Below are positions 24,990 to 37,549 of a stretch of DNA of 64,000 bases, in pieces. The notes beneath the pieces are model-generated. The model was not told the DNA's origin. It searched no databases and saw only the letters and a program-made list of their open reading frames with translations. Both the position numbers and the translations under genes were made by a program. The stretch's first letter is position 1; each line of letters starts with the position of its first letter. The stretch comes from Camelus dromedarius. Lineage: Eukaryota. The stretch spans positions 106,828,001 through 106,892,000 of the forward strand of contig NC_087436.1 of assembly GCF_036321535.1 (NCBI RefSeq), written 5' to 3'.

Positions 24990-26200
24990 GCTATTCTTGG
25001 TTTGGAGAAAGATGTTGGAGGAATTCCACAGAAACATCAAGGATTGGTTTGTTAAGAAGATTAAGAAGATTATTAAGAAAAATTTTCACATCTATAGTCT
25101 TCTTTTCTAAAAGATTGTATGCCCTTTCAGAGCCAGCATGATGCCATATATTTCTGGTAACAGGAAAAAATTGAATGAAGTACAGTGCAATCTTGTATTC
25201 CTTGTCATTCACATTTGAATGATCAACTAGGCACATTGTTTTCCATATTGTATGTTATTATCAATCATGACTCTATCAGACCATCATCAATAAAACAGCC
25301 TAATACCTGCTATGCAGATGGATCTAAAGAGTTTGGTCGCTAATGTGTGACTAACCTCTTTCTTTTAGTCCCCACATGAATGATCTAAATGCCGCAGAGA
25401 AATCCAGCCCGGTGTGCCATCTCAAGAGGCAGTGGCTCTTTGGTTTATCAGAGGCCCTGAGCTCAGGCACAGCTCCGGCCCTGGGAGTAACTCAACCTAG
25501 TCTCTATTAAGCTATGAAATGTGAGTCCTTGTCTCACTTTCCCGCTTGAAGACATCCATTTCTGCTCATTTCCATCCTTCAGTTGATGGATTGATATGGA
25601 AACTTAACTACGTCATTTGTTTTTCTGTCCATTCCCTTTGTAGCCGTTGTGGATTCACTTCTGGTGCCAGATTGAGTCCAGGGCGATTTTAAAGTCTAAT
25701 AAAGCAAGGAAAATCTCTTCTCCTGGTTGAATTTTTTTTACACGTTTGTTAATATGCAGCAATCGGGGGAGAGATGAAGTCTGTGGCTCATTTTCAAGGG
25801 AGGAATCCAATTTGGCTTTTATGGATGTTGCTGTCACTGGTCCGACATTGCTTTATTCTTTCACCAAGGATGCAGCTCCAGGGTTTACTGCTGTTGCTGC
25901 TCATGTGGATCTCTCTGGCTGTTTGGGTTGAGAGCATTTCCGTTTTTATGTATTGGAGTAATTAGCCCTCCCGACCATATCTCAGGAAGTGTCCGGATTG
26001 GAGGATTAGGATAAACATCTTCAGTCAGGCTTTCTGAGGTGATCAATGCTGGGCGTTATCATCTCATTTGATGCGTTTTTATCAGGGCTCTGGGGTTTCT
26101 TAGCTATCCCTTTGAAGGGGCTTGCTTTCATTTCTTGAATCACTGGGGCTGGGATTAAATAACTGGGACAAAGTCAGAGACTTTTTCAAGCAATTTATAT
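24990..26200 (-). mobile_element. Ancient RTE-X clade (L4-like) non-LTR retrotransposon fossil, decayed reverse transcriptase
   Basis: Minus-strand translation across frameshifts gives ordered RT blocks: KKPQSPDKNASNEMI (26057-26101), LKMFILILQSGHF then PEIWSGGLITPIHKNGNALNPNSQR, IHKSQIGFLP (25797-25826), IFLALLDFKIALDSIWH (25664-25714), GMDRKTNDVVKFPYQ, VRQG (25526-25537), and downstream ERAYNLLEKKTIDVKIFL...KPIL (ORF 24991-25236). Confidence 0.85.
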
Positions 26201-26407
26201 GTCCAAGGCCCTGCTGAATCATGGCCTCTGCCTGGGTTCTTTTCTAAGCACCCACAGGTGGGTGTGAACTCCGTCTCACCTTTGCTTCCATAGAACTACA
26301 GTTCTTAGAGACTCTCAAAAACACCTATTTACTGAATACAACTCTTGTAGTTCTAGAATTAACTGGGCTGTCACGTTTTTGAGGACAGACAGCAAGCCCT
26401 TTACTCC

Positions 26408-26620
26408 ATGCATTCTTTCTTTCAACAAGATCACCAGCTAGTTACCAGATATTGTTCTAGGTGCTGAGGACACGGTAATAAGCAAAATTGGTAAAGTCCA
26501 TGCCTTTATGGAGGTTTCATTTTGGTAAAGCAAGTAGGCAATAAGCAAACAAATTAGGGAGGAAATGGCAGCATTTATGATAAGTACTTTGAAGAAGGTA
26601 AGCCAGGATCTCATAATAAA
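26408..26620 (-). mobile_element. L2 LINE 3' end
   Basis: cattctttctttcaacaag...ccagatattgttctaggtgctgaggacacggtaataagcaaa...catgcctttatggag. Confidence 0.7.
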
Positions 26621-28719
26621 AAGTGTCTACAGTAAAGAGTGGCAACATGTGATGTTAACCCTGAAAGACAGACGATCTGGACACAGAGAATTCCTAGCAC
26701 CCCAGGAGAAAAATTATAGGTTCTAATAGGTAGGTTGATGCATACAAAGTACAATGCCTTACACATAAAAAGCCCTCAATAGCTGTTCCTACATCATCAT
26801 TATTAATAACAATATTATTATTGCCCCTATTAAGACACAGATTTTATTCTAATTTCAAAGTAAAATCCTTGGCATTTTTTCAGCAAGGGGGCACATTAAT
26901 CCCTAACGATGTTTAGCTTTGTGCCTGCTAAGCAGTTCATTTCATATTCTGTAATTTTCCTTCTGATGTTTCTAAGTAATGTAGGTCAGCTTCTCCATGG
27001 CCACCTGGCCTGTAGTATTCATTGCAGAGGTACAAAAATATAGGGCAAGGACCTTGATCTCAAATATATTGCTATTAGTTGAAGATTTTATGAAGTTCGT
27101 TTGTAATCCTTTCTATAGAGACTATCGATCTGGTTCCTCATCTTGATTGCCCATGCTTACTTCAATCTTCCTTTCATGAAGAATTATAATATTGGTGAAA
27201 GTTAAAAAAAAATAGTAATAGTCAACTATATGGGATTGGTTAAATAAATTATATGCATGAATACTTCCACCGATAAAAATCAGGTTGTACAGCACAGCAC
27301 AAAGATATGGTGGATTTTATGAAAATAACTTAGGTTATGAAAAAAATCTGGAAGAAAGTGCTTCAAAAACATTAACAGTGACTAAGTCTGGGTAGTGGGT
27401 TGGTAGGATTATGGATTACTTTAATTTCTGTCTTTGAGCTTTTCTCTATTTTCTGAACATCTCAAGAAAAGTATGCAATAGTTTTGTGATCAAGCAAGAT
27501 TAGAGAAATTAAAGAGATTCACAATCCTTACCAAAAAAATTCAAAGAAAATGACAGTAGATTTTATAATTTAACAAGATCTATTTTTAAAGTAAAATGTG
27601 GCCCACATTTTCAATTAAATTCTGGTATCTTTTACAGTCTAACTCTTTATTTAGCAATAAACTCTATTTCTAGGAGACATAGAAAATACCCTCTGATTAT
27701 TGTCTAGCCATTTCCCAGCCCAAGATCACACAGACAGGAAATTATCTGAAGACACACTTGTTCCAAAGTTCCTATTTATTTCTCTACACTGTGCTGTGTC
27801 TATATTTATGTTGTCAAAATAGACTTGAAAACGATGAGACATGAGAAGAACATTCTATTCCTTCTGTTTCATCCTTCTCTGAACTGCCCTTCAATCTTTC
27901 CAACTATACTGAAACTGTATTTCTGTTACAATCACTGGTGCATAAATTATTCTCACTGGACGATGCCTGGACTATCAGTGCTAAATAAACGTTTGTAGAT
28001 TGCATTGTGTAGCTACCTCTTTCTTCTAATTCCCTCCAGACTTCACAGGTGTCGATGCCATTAAATTCTTAAACTCTGGATTCCAAAACAGCCTGAGAGC
28101 CAAGTTGCTCATTTTCTTAAAGGAATTTCTATATTATACTAACATTTCAAAGATTGCATTGCTTTCTGGCTTTCTTCCTATATTTAGAGAATACTGGCAA
28201 GAAAATACTTGAGAAAATAGTCCGATGTTTGGCAAAATCTTTGTTTTCTGACCTGTAACAGAAATTAAACTCTCTCCAAAAGAGCATTTCTCTACCTGCA
28301 GCCTAAGTACAGAAGTTTAATGTAAATGACAATTGCAGGAGCCCTTGAAAAGGAGATTAGGGAGGAAGTTGAGGTCATGTGACAAGATTTCTACTTAGTC
28401 TCAGCTCTTTTCTTTAGCATTTGGAAGCATTGAATGACAGGTAAAAGCATAAGGCTTGGGTTGCCAGGGGAAAAAAATGTGGGTAATTTTAATCATTTGC
28501 TCAAGTCTTGAAATATCCTGTATAGCTTTCAGGCACAAAGCAATCTTCCTATAGAGAAACAAACCCAGGATGTGGTTATGAGACAGAGTTCTACCCCTTT
28601 GTGTTAAAGTGCCTTAATGATCAGGAAAAAAAAAAAAAAGATTTGCATGAATGCTACTTATGGAAAGCACTTAACACAATAGTTACTCAAGACAAATTTC
28701 AGCACAAGTGGATGTAACC

Positions 28720-29400
28720 GATATGATGAGTCATCCTGTGTGGTTTAAAGCCACCGCAAGTGATTATCTTTTAATTCAGCCTCCATGAGCCTAGAGCATT
28801 TTTATAAGGCTTTGAGAATATCCATGGCATTGACAAAATGCACTTCGCTATTTAGCTGTTTGACTGAATCATAAGATGGAAGGACAGTCTGATTTAAAAA
28901 TGATTCAGGTAAGTGGCATGTGAATGCCAAAGCTCCTACTGAAATCAATCTGGATCTTTCCTTTTTCTCTCCAGATCTCATGTCATAAGATACACATACA
29001 CATACACACGTACACGCAGTGACATCATCTTAAGAATGAGTAATATAGTCAGGATAGAAATACAATTGGCAGCAATATCTTCCCACGTAAGCACATTAGT
29101 GATGCTTACATAATCTTTTGGCATCAAGTCCCCTCCTGGAGTACGAAGTATGGTTTTCTGTTTCAGTTTCATGGCTCAAGTTTGGAAAAACCTTGGATCG
29201 TTGAAAAAGAAAGGTTCACTATAACATGTTTATTACTAAATTGTCTGTGTCTTTGATGCTTTTCTTAAAACTATTCGGAGATGCCCTGGAATATTTAAAC
29301 CATGTGTGAGAAAACCTGGCCTGAGTGTCATTACCATGACAGGGAAGTCATTACTAGTTGATCACAGTGTTTCCTTCTGCTGACGTCAGAAATGATCAGA
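28720..29400. promoter_or_regulatory. Candidate enhancer (AP-1, RUNX, HIF, CRE motifs)
   Basis: TGAGTCA 28727-28733, TGTGGTT 28739-28745, ACCGCA 28753-28758, CACGTA 29084-29089, TGACGTCA 29381-29388, in sequence with no recognisable repeat. Confidence 0.35.
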
Positions 29401-31120
29401 ATCCCAGTAAAGTGCTCCGGGAAGACATGGCCAATCTAGTGGAATTACCATGTAAACTAAAATCTACTTTTCATTCACAGTTTATGTTGGACAACTGAAA
29501 AGTCAAGGTTCTTTTTCTCTCCACATCTCATGTCACACTGAGAAGAACTAGTGAAAAATTCCCTTAAGTCACTGACTTCCTAAAATTTTGACTCTGTTTT
29601 ATTGACCACTAAGGCACTATTGGAGACACAGTAATTCCCCTGGATTCACGTCCAGAGAAAACCTCCCCATTCCTCAGATGTCACCTACTGCTTCTGTGTG
29701 TGCTACCCACTGTCCCAGAAAACCCCTTCACCAAGAGAATTCCCCTGCTTCCTTCCAGATCAAGCAAGAACATCAGCTTCTCAGTGAAGACTGTCATTCT
29801 GCTCGGCAGATGCTCTGTCCACAGTGCTCTCTCAGCACTTAATTGTGCCCCTGCAAAAGCACTTATATATTATAATTTTTAAATTTTCTGTTCATATGTT
29901 TGTCTCTCTCCACTACTTAACAGCAGTTATAGTTTAGATATGTCTAGTTTATCCTATGGGGACATATTAGACCTGCTCCTATAAGATTCTGGATCCCACC
30001 TAATCTCCCTGTTCAAGGTAAGCCCCAGAATGCAAGAGGCATCCTTGACCTCTTTCTATGACTATAAAAACTAGTCTCTGATACTTACATATTTCAAGTC
30101 TAGAGTCTCCCTTGAGAATCTCCGGGAAGTTTTCAGCCTTCTTAAAAATGAAGCTTATCAGAGAAGAAGGTGAACAAGAAGGCTTTAGGTCCTATGAAGT
30201 TAATTATTATTTAAAGAAGAATAGATTATCATATTTTAAAATGACAATCATAATTCTTCTTCATGTTACTTCTCTGATTATCTGCATATATTACTAGACA
30301 ACCTGTGGACTAAATTCTTAGAACTTTGTTCCTGATCTTCCAGCCTTCACATGAAAGCTGATTTATACAAGTGCCTGACTGGCATTTGACAATTCCTAAA
30401 GGAGCTACCTTCGAAGTATGGCATTTTGCATTAATTTTCTCATCTCTAAATTTGCCACAGATGCCTGTCTTCACATGGGTATGAGTTGGTGTGTACAGAT
30501 TTCATAGTTAAAAGTACACTGGATCACAGTTTTAAAGCATCAATTAGCAACCAGCCTACAATGGCTAATGCACTTGCCATGACTCCTTTCTTCTTTACTT
30601 CAACTGACATCTCTTCTTAGACAAATCACCATTATTGGTGATCCCTGACAACAGACCTTTCCAAGTCTGATTCTGTCATTTACTTGGTAGACTTGTTGAC
30701 TGCAACAAACAATCCCCTATCGTCAAGTTTTCCAGATGTTTGCACAGCAGGTTCAGTGTTTTTAAAACTATCTAAATGACGGTCCCAAATGACAAATGTT
30801 CATTTTCAAAATTAAAACTTATTACAAATTACCTGCCAAGTACAATGTGTCAGGAGAGACTGAATGAATTAGAAATTTTGTCCATTGAGAATGAATGAAT
30901 AAGAAAAAACATAAGTGAGGCAAGCTATTACACGTCCTGGAGGTACATAGAAAGAATTTTAAATAACAGTAATTTACTAAAAGCTCTTGCATTAATACTG
31001 AAGACTTACTTTAAAGAGGTCCATGACTACCTTTTACTGTGAGTCAGGCTTTAACTTTGTCAATGAAAAGAATAAAGGCTAGGAAAGACAAGGATCATCT
31101 CTAACATGAAGCTGTTTTTG

Positions 31121-31182
31121 TCTCTTTTTTAATCGTCATCCACACAGGCTTTTTCTCTTTTTAGTCATCATCCACACAGGCT
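31121..31182. repeat. Imperfect tandem duplication, about 30-bp unit
   Basis: tctcttttttaatcgtcatccacacaggct / tctctttttagtcatcatccacacaggct. Confidence 0.9.
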
Positions 31183-31189
31183 CAGCTTT

Positions 31190-31680
31190 GATATACTGAG
31201 AAGAACATGGCCTGATATAGCCATGAAAAATCAGAACTCAGTTCCCTCTTTTCCACTTTCTAAATTGTAGTCTGCTGTTTGTCACTGATCTGTGAACTCC
31301 GGTTTCCTCATCTATGATGTAAGAATAGTTAATACTTAAACAAATAGGTTGTGGTGAAAATTAAGTAAATGAAAATAATCTTTGAGTGCACTTTGTAAAC
31401 TCTAAAGTTACCATGAGTATATATTGATGTCAGAATAACATTAATCATATTTTAACTACTTACTATATGTCAGATTCTCGGTAAAGTTTCCCATATTTTT
31501 TTTCAGTTTTTACAGTTTTTTAAGGTAGGTAATATCACCTCCATTTCATAGGTGAGACACTTGCATCTTATTTAAAGGTTATGTAACAGGCCCAAGTAAT
31601 TGCTATCTTGGGTTGGACAGGATTGGAACCAGAATTTCTGATTCCAAAAATATGCCCTCAACCGCTATGTAGTGCTACCA
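31190..31680. mobile_element. Two MIR fragments in opposite orientation
   Basis: + copy: ctccggtttcctcatctatgatgtaagaatagt; - copy: ctccatttcataggtgagacac...ggcccaag. Confidence 0.55.
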
Positions 31681-33671
31681 ATCTTTAATCATTAAAGCCT
31701 AATGCTCAGTGATGCAACTTTTGTTCACAATACTTTGGAGGTGCCACTTAAAATTGCCTTCAAATCCAAATTTATTGGAGTGCATAAAGGAAGCAGACTT
31801 CTGACTCTGTAGATGACTCTTCTTTTTGACCCTTAAAAGCATCATCCAGTCTCATCATCCTGCATTCCAGGCAGGAAGGCAGTGACTAGTCATTGCCAAG
31901 AGTTCTGCCTTTTAGAGGATTCTACAAGATTGAAATCCCTTTTCAAGATGAATGTGGATCTCTTTTCTTCATGTGTCCATAATGGTGGGTGAAATGTCAA
32001 TTATAACTCTAACCACATGGTATTTCAACTGTTTACTTATCTATTCAACTTCCATTTCGCCAGAATTTTGTAATTACTCTATCCCAGAACCAAGACTAGA
32101 AGTTGTCTACTAATATTTGAAGAAATGAACAATACAAATTTTCTTATTCCTGCCTCAGAAAACTTTTGGTCCCTGATAGAGAAATATAAAACCAGGCTGA
32201 CCACACAGTCAAGGATTGCTTCATAGGACAAAATAGAACATCTAGATTTTCCATCTTTAAAATTATAATCAGCAGCAGGAAGCAAAGCAATACCACTGTC
32301 CCTGTTATAGGAATCTAAAGGCTTTTTATAGAATGCACAGCAGCAAATGTTATCGCTATGCTTGAGAAAACCATTTTCATTATCAGTTGCCTTTTATTTT
32401 CAATTGATTATGACTTTTCCTTTAAAAAATGCATTTAGGCAAAATTTTTCTATGCTTGATTTAGCCCAAGGGAAATTTTTTTGGAGGGCTGGAGGGGAGA
32501 AATAGTCTGAACTGTATTCCTTCTGCTGCCTTTAAGCTATGCACACATGGACAAAATATATCACATTCTACTGAATTTTTTTTAACTCCTATTACTTAGA
32601 AAGAGCTTAACAATGGAAAAATCCAGCATTATGGTATTACACTCCTTATTGTATAAGTCAATGAACACATACAAGATTAAGTTTTTTTTTTTTTCAAGTT
32701 ACTAAGGTTTGAGTGGTGGGAGAGAGAATGCTCTTAATAACATCTCTTCTTGATTTAAAGAGGTTATGTTGGACTGAAGCATGTTAAGAACACTAAGAAT
32801 GCACCAGTTCTTGTTATAAGCCTGCAAGATGAAGGCTATCAGAGTTAAGGCTAGAATTTAATTATGACAAACTAAGTTCATCTTTACCATTCAGGGTGGA
32901 CTGTGAATGCATTTATATGTCTGGTTTGGTCTAAGTGTTCTTTCACTATGAAGGGAGGGCTAGGGAAAGATATTTTTAAGATCACCAAAGCTCTTTAAGA
33001 CTCTTCCAAAAAAAATCATATAGATGAGAAATCTGAGGTTATACCTGGTATGCTGAACAAAGAGGTAGTACTCCCATAAAGCAAATACTAAGACTTGTTT
33101 GAGTAAGGCAAGAGATTTAGAAGTCTAGGACAAAATAGCCTTTCCATTTCATAGAAAAGAAAAGACGAACAAGTTTAGAACAATATTTTGATTTAGCAGC
33201 TGTAAGGGACCTCTGAATTTAAATTTCAATATATAAATCCCAATTTTGCCTGGTAAAATTAATAATGGATTTCTCTAAAGCCAAACTCTCTTCAGCCATC
33301 GCTGTAATTCTCTTAAGAAAGCATTAAATGAAAGCATTTCACTTTAGTTGAAAATCAATGGCCCTTCAGTGAAGCATGCATCTCCCAAGTATTATGGAGT
33401 CGAGAATCATATAGTTCCGCTAGTTAGACATGAGGCCCTGGCTTTGGTGGTAATAACTTCATACAACACAAGAGTCTTTGAAAAAAATTAAAACAAAATG
33501 AAAGGATTGAAAATCCAAAGTGAGCATGCTCAAGTTTTCTTTGAAATGTCAACCGAAATACATCATAATATAATTAATGATGATAGATGGAAATAATAGG
33601 AATAAAATATTAATAAGTAGAAATACTATTTAATTACTTCTTACTATAGATCAGACACATGCTTTACTATT

Positions 33672-33814
33672 TTTATCTTTTTTGTTGAAGTACAGTCAAT
33701 TACAATTGTCTATCTCTGGTGTACAGCACAATATCCCAGTTATGCATATACATAAATATATTCATTTTCACATTGTTTTGCATCAAAAATTATTATAAGA
33801 TATTGAAAATAGTT
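33672..33814 (-). mobile_element. Short camelid-type L1 3' tail inserted in a MIR
   Basis: ttttttgttgaagtacagtcaattacaattgtctatctctggtgtacagcac...; TSD cacatgcttta (33656-33666) / cacatacttta (33815-33825). Confidence 0.85.
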
Positions 33815-35727
33815 CACATACTTTAAATGTATCATCTCATTAGATTCTCTTAAGAACCCTATGACTTGGTTTTATTAGCTGTATTTTTAGAGCAGACTTA
33901 AAGAAAGAAGATCTACATGTGGAGACATACAAAAATCTAAAGATGGATTAAAATATTTCATTATACATTAATCTACGATCCCTTGGACAACGAATAAAAA
34001 AGTACCATAAATTTCATCTACTTGGAAAGTTCTTTCTTCCTTTGCATACTGATAAAATTATATTCATCTTTCACTGTGGTGTTTATAAGGATGAATAAGA
34101 TACAACCCCTGCCCTCCAGCCTGCCCTCCAGGAACTCACAGTGTGAAAAGGAGATGAAACATGCATCAAAAATCCAAATATAATTCACAGTGGTTTGCGG
34201 TAAACTCTGTAACACAAGTGTGTTGAAAGCTATGGCTAGTTAGAAGAAAGAAAACAATTCTTAGAGCTTAGGAAAAAATTAGAGGAGAAAAGGATCAGGG
34301 AAGTATCCTTACAGAAAGAAGCAGTTCAGTTGGGTTTGGAAGGCACGTAAAGTTTCAACAGGCAGATATGAGGACCTGGGGAAATACTGATGTGCAATGC
34401 CTTCAAGCAGAGGGTATAATCAGAATGCCAGGGTTGCTGGAATTTTTGACATATAAATGAGCAATAATGTTGATAAGGACGAGAGTATAGGTGACTTTCA
34501 CTGACAATCTAGAGTTTAAACTTTATTTAGCATTCAGTACGGGGTTTTATAGTAGAGTCATACTGTGATCAGAGTTCTGCTTTGGAAGTATTAGTCTATC
34601 AATATATTAAATAATTTATCCAATATTTTATTACCCCTTTGATGAATAATTATGGTCTTGTTATCCTGTGCCAGAACCTACACTAGGCAATGGGGATATA
34701 TGGTGAACATGACTCACTCCCTGCTCTCATAAAAGTTATAATCAAAAAAGTTAAACAGAAACACAGAGAAGTGTCACCAAAACTATAAGAGAGAAAGCAG
34801 GGTAGCACCTAAGAGGAATACCTTCTCTAGTATTGCAATAAAAGGAAAAACTTCCTCTAGAATGTGACTTCAAATTGTGTGTATGGCATGTGTGTGTATA
34901 TGTGTATAGGTTTATTGAGTGGGAAGGTCAATCTATGAAAAGACTCAAAGGGGAAATAATGTTTTCAGAACTTGATGCAAAATTATTTGCTTTCCAATCA
35001 TGTAGATTCTTAATAACCTCAGTTATGTGCACAGGGTTCTTGGCTATTTCATCCTGCAGAGAGGGTCTTACCATCAGTCAACTTCCAGAAGAACCAATCA
35101 AGCATTATGAACAAGGACCTTATGAAAGCAAATTCTGTTGAATTGCATTGGCTCTCTTCTTGGACATGGAAATCATGTGACCTGGCTTAAAAAAAAAGTA
35201 CTGAATATGAATGATTCAGTCAAACCTGAAATCAGCACCACGTATGAGTGCGGCTTTTAGTGATCGTTCATTCACTCAGTTATATACAGTACATATTTGT
35301 TGTTATCAGCACCATGGAACTCATTGTAGTAAGCATCTACCTTATCTCATTTTTAGTCATAACTAATCATCATTTTTCTTGAACATTTATCCTCATTTTT
35401 CTGTGCCTCCTTATAACACTTCTTATAGTTGTATTATATGAGTGTCCTTAGATAGATTGTAACCTTTTGAAGGGAGGAACTGTGTCTGCATTCCTGTGTT
35501 CCATTCAGTCAGTAGCACAGACACAATAAGGTTTTGGTAAACGCTTGTTGCGTGGATGGATGGATGGTTAGATGGAGAGAAACATGAACAAGGAATTTTT
35601 CCTGTCCTCATGAATCTTACAGTCTAGCACAGATCAAGCATGCATAGTTGATTAGAAAAGTTTTTCACTATTTAAATCATGATGCTTTCTCTTTTCAATT
35701 TAGATTTACTGTTGCATTGCCACAATT

Positions 35728-35795
35728 TACCATAATCCTAAAGACAGAATAAAAAAGGATAATACCATAATCCTAAAGATAGAATAAAAAAGGAT
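35728..35795. repeat. Tandem duplication, 33-bp unit (one mismatch, aa spacer)
   Basis: taccataatcctaaagacagaataaaaaaggat aa taccataatcctaaagatagaataaaaaaggat. Confidence 0.95.
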
Positions 35796-36792
35796 GTTTA
35801 GAGTTTGAAATGGTTCTGTATCTATGTTAGCCAAAGCTTGATTTTTAAGTCTTTAGAAGTACTGATTTCCAAGTTTTCTATTTAAACTCATCAAAAAAGC
35901 ATTCCCAACTGCCCCACTAAACCATTTTAATATGCTGTTTCTTTTAGATGAAATTGAAGTGGATAAGAACTGAATAAGAATTTTAGAGAATATCTGTAGT
36001 CATCATTAATCCAATAACAAAACAGAAGTATGCATTTGCACACAAAAGAATTAACATGATCTCCAACTCCTCTATCAAGTGGTCACATTCAACTATCATT
36101 TCCCCACCAGTACCGCCATATTTTCTTCTTTCCATGCAGCACACTCAGCACATCTTTGTTGACTACTGTATGTCGTGGACGCAGGTCGTTCAACCCAGGC
36201 ATAACAGACTCAAAAACTTCAATAGAATTGTCTGTGTACTTTTGTTGCTCAATAACTTATTTTGAGAAACATAAGAAAGATTTTTCTTACTTTTTCTTGC
36301 ATTGTTGAAGTATATCTTTATTTTTCATTACAGTAAAGTGATTCAATAATACAAAGGGTGTTTTTCTCCCTTAATGTCAGGGGGTGTTAATTATGTACTA
36401 TACTTATATATCTTATATATAAGTTAGGAACTTGCATGATGCAACATGAAGGAGATGAAAAAGATGGAAATCATAGTCTGAGAAACTAAAGTCTGAATCC
36501 CAATTAGCCTACTACTCTGACTGAGGGCAAATTCCTTAAGATGAATGAGCTTCAGATTCCTTTTATGTAAAATGGTAATAATAATAATAAAAGCTTTGCA
36601 ATATTGGGGGAATTTTTAAGGGTAATAGGTGTCAAAATGCCAGGTGTTATTCTAGTATGTGGTAAACTATCATTTATGGGTGATTATTGTATGGGAATAA
36701 TAAAGCCAAGCACTCTACCTGAATTTCTTCATTTTAGTATTTTCCCAGCTTTATGAGTCAGATTCTGTTTTTATAATTATTTTAAATGAGAA

Positions 36793-36858
36793 ATTATATT
36801 ATAATATTAAGATATTATTAAGATATTATATAAGATAATATTAAGATAATATATTAAG
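36793..36858. repeat. AT-rich degenerate minisatellite (tattaagata-like)
   Basis: Direct read. Confidence 0.8.
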
Positions 36859-36974
36859 AAGGTAGTTTGTCATACATCACGGAGCTAATACATGACAGAC
36901 ACAGGATTCAAACTGAAGTTGTAATTGGGGTGTGATTAAAAGGTAATGTTAATATTTCTGGACCATCTCACTTG

Positions 36975-37549
36975 TGTTCTGGCAGATAAAATTGAATCTG
37001 GACCTAAGCAGGAGAGACTCTTTGGAAGGAAGGGTTGGATGGTAGGAAGGGACAACTGCAATAGGAAGAATGCTCTGAACTTAAGAGCAGCAAGTGTGTC
37101 AGAGGTTGGGCAAAAAAAAAAGAGTTTTTTCTTTTATAGAGAGGAGGGAACAAATCTAAAAGTAACCGAGTGTAGGAGGCAAAGTTTGTGTGATTCAATA
37201 TTAGATCAGACTATTCTCAGGAGGAGGCTGTATGCTGAGTCAGGCTAGGAGTGGGTCAAAATTCAGAGGCCTGGGGGAAGGAGAGAAACTAAACCAAAGT
37301 TTGATTAGCAAATATTTTGTTCCAATTGATCATTGGCAACAAGCAATTCAGCTAATTATGAGGCAAAAGTAGCAATTTAGAGTGTCTAGTCATAGGTAAA
37401 CAGGGGGCATCTATGTCTCTTACCTAAGTCATATTGGAAGGGGTAATTCTTTGCCTTGGCCAGTTCCCAGAACACAAAAGGGTAGTACAATTTCTTAACT
37501 TTCTTTGTTTTCTAGACTCATGGGGCTCAAGTAAATTTCCATATGATCA
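36975..37549 (-). mobile_element. ERV1-class solo LTR (MER89-like)
   Basis: TG...CA ends; ggaaggagagaaactaaaccaaagtttgatt...gtcataggtaaacagggggcatc...ttcccagaacacaaaaggg; flanks cttg/cttc. Confidence 0.65.

Noticed and set aside
24990..26200. Domesticated, protein-coding RT gene
   Set aside because: Multiple stops and frameshifts and no YADD motif; any function would have to be non-coding.
35728..35795. Direct repeat of CRISPR-like length
   Set aside because: Only two adjacent copies, no spacer and no cas genes, in a mammalian context.
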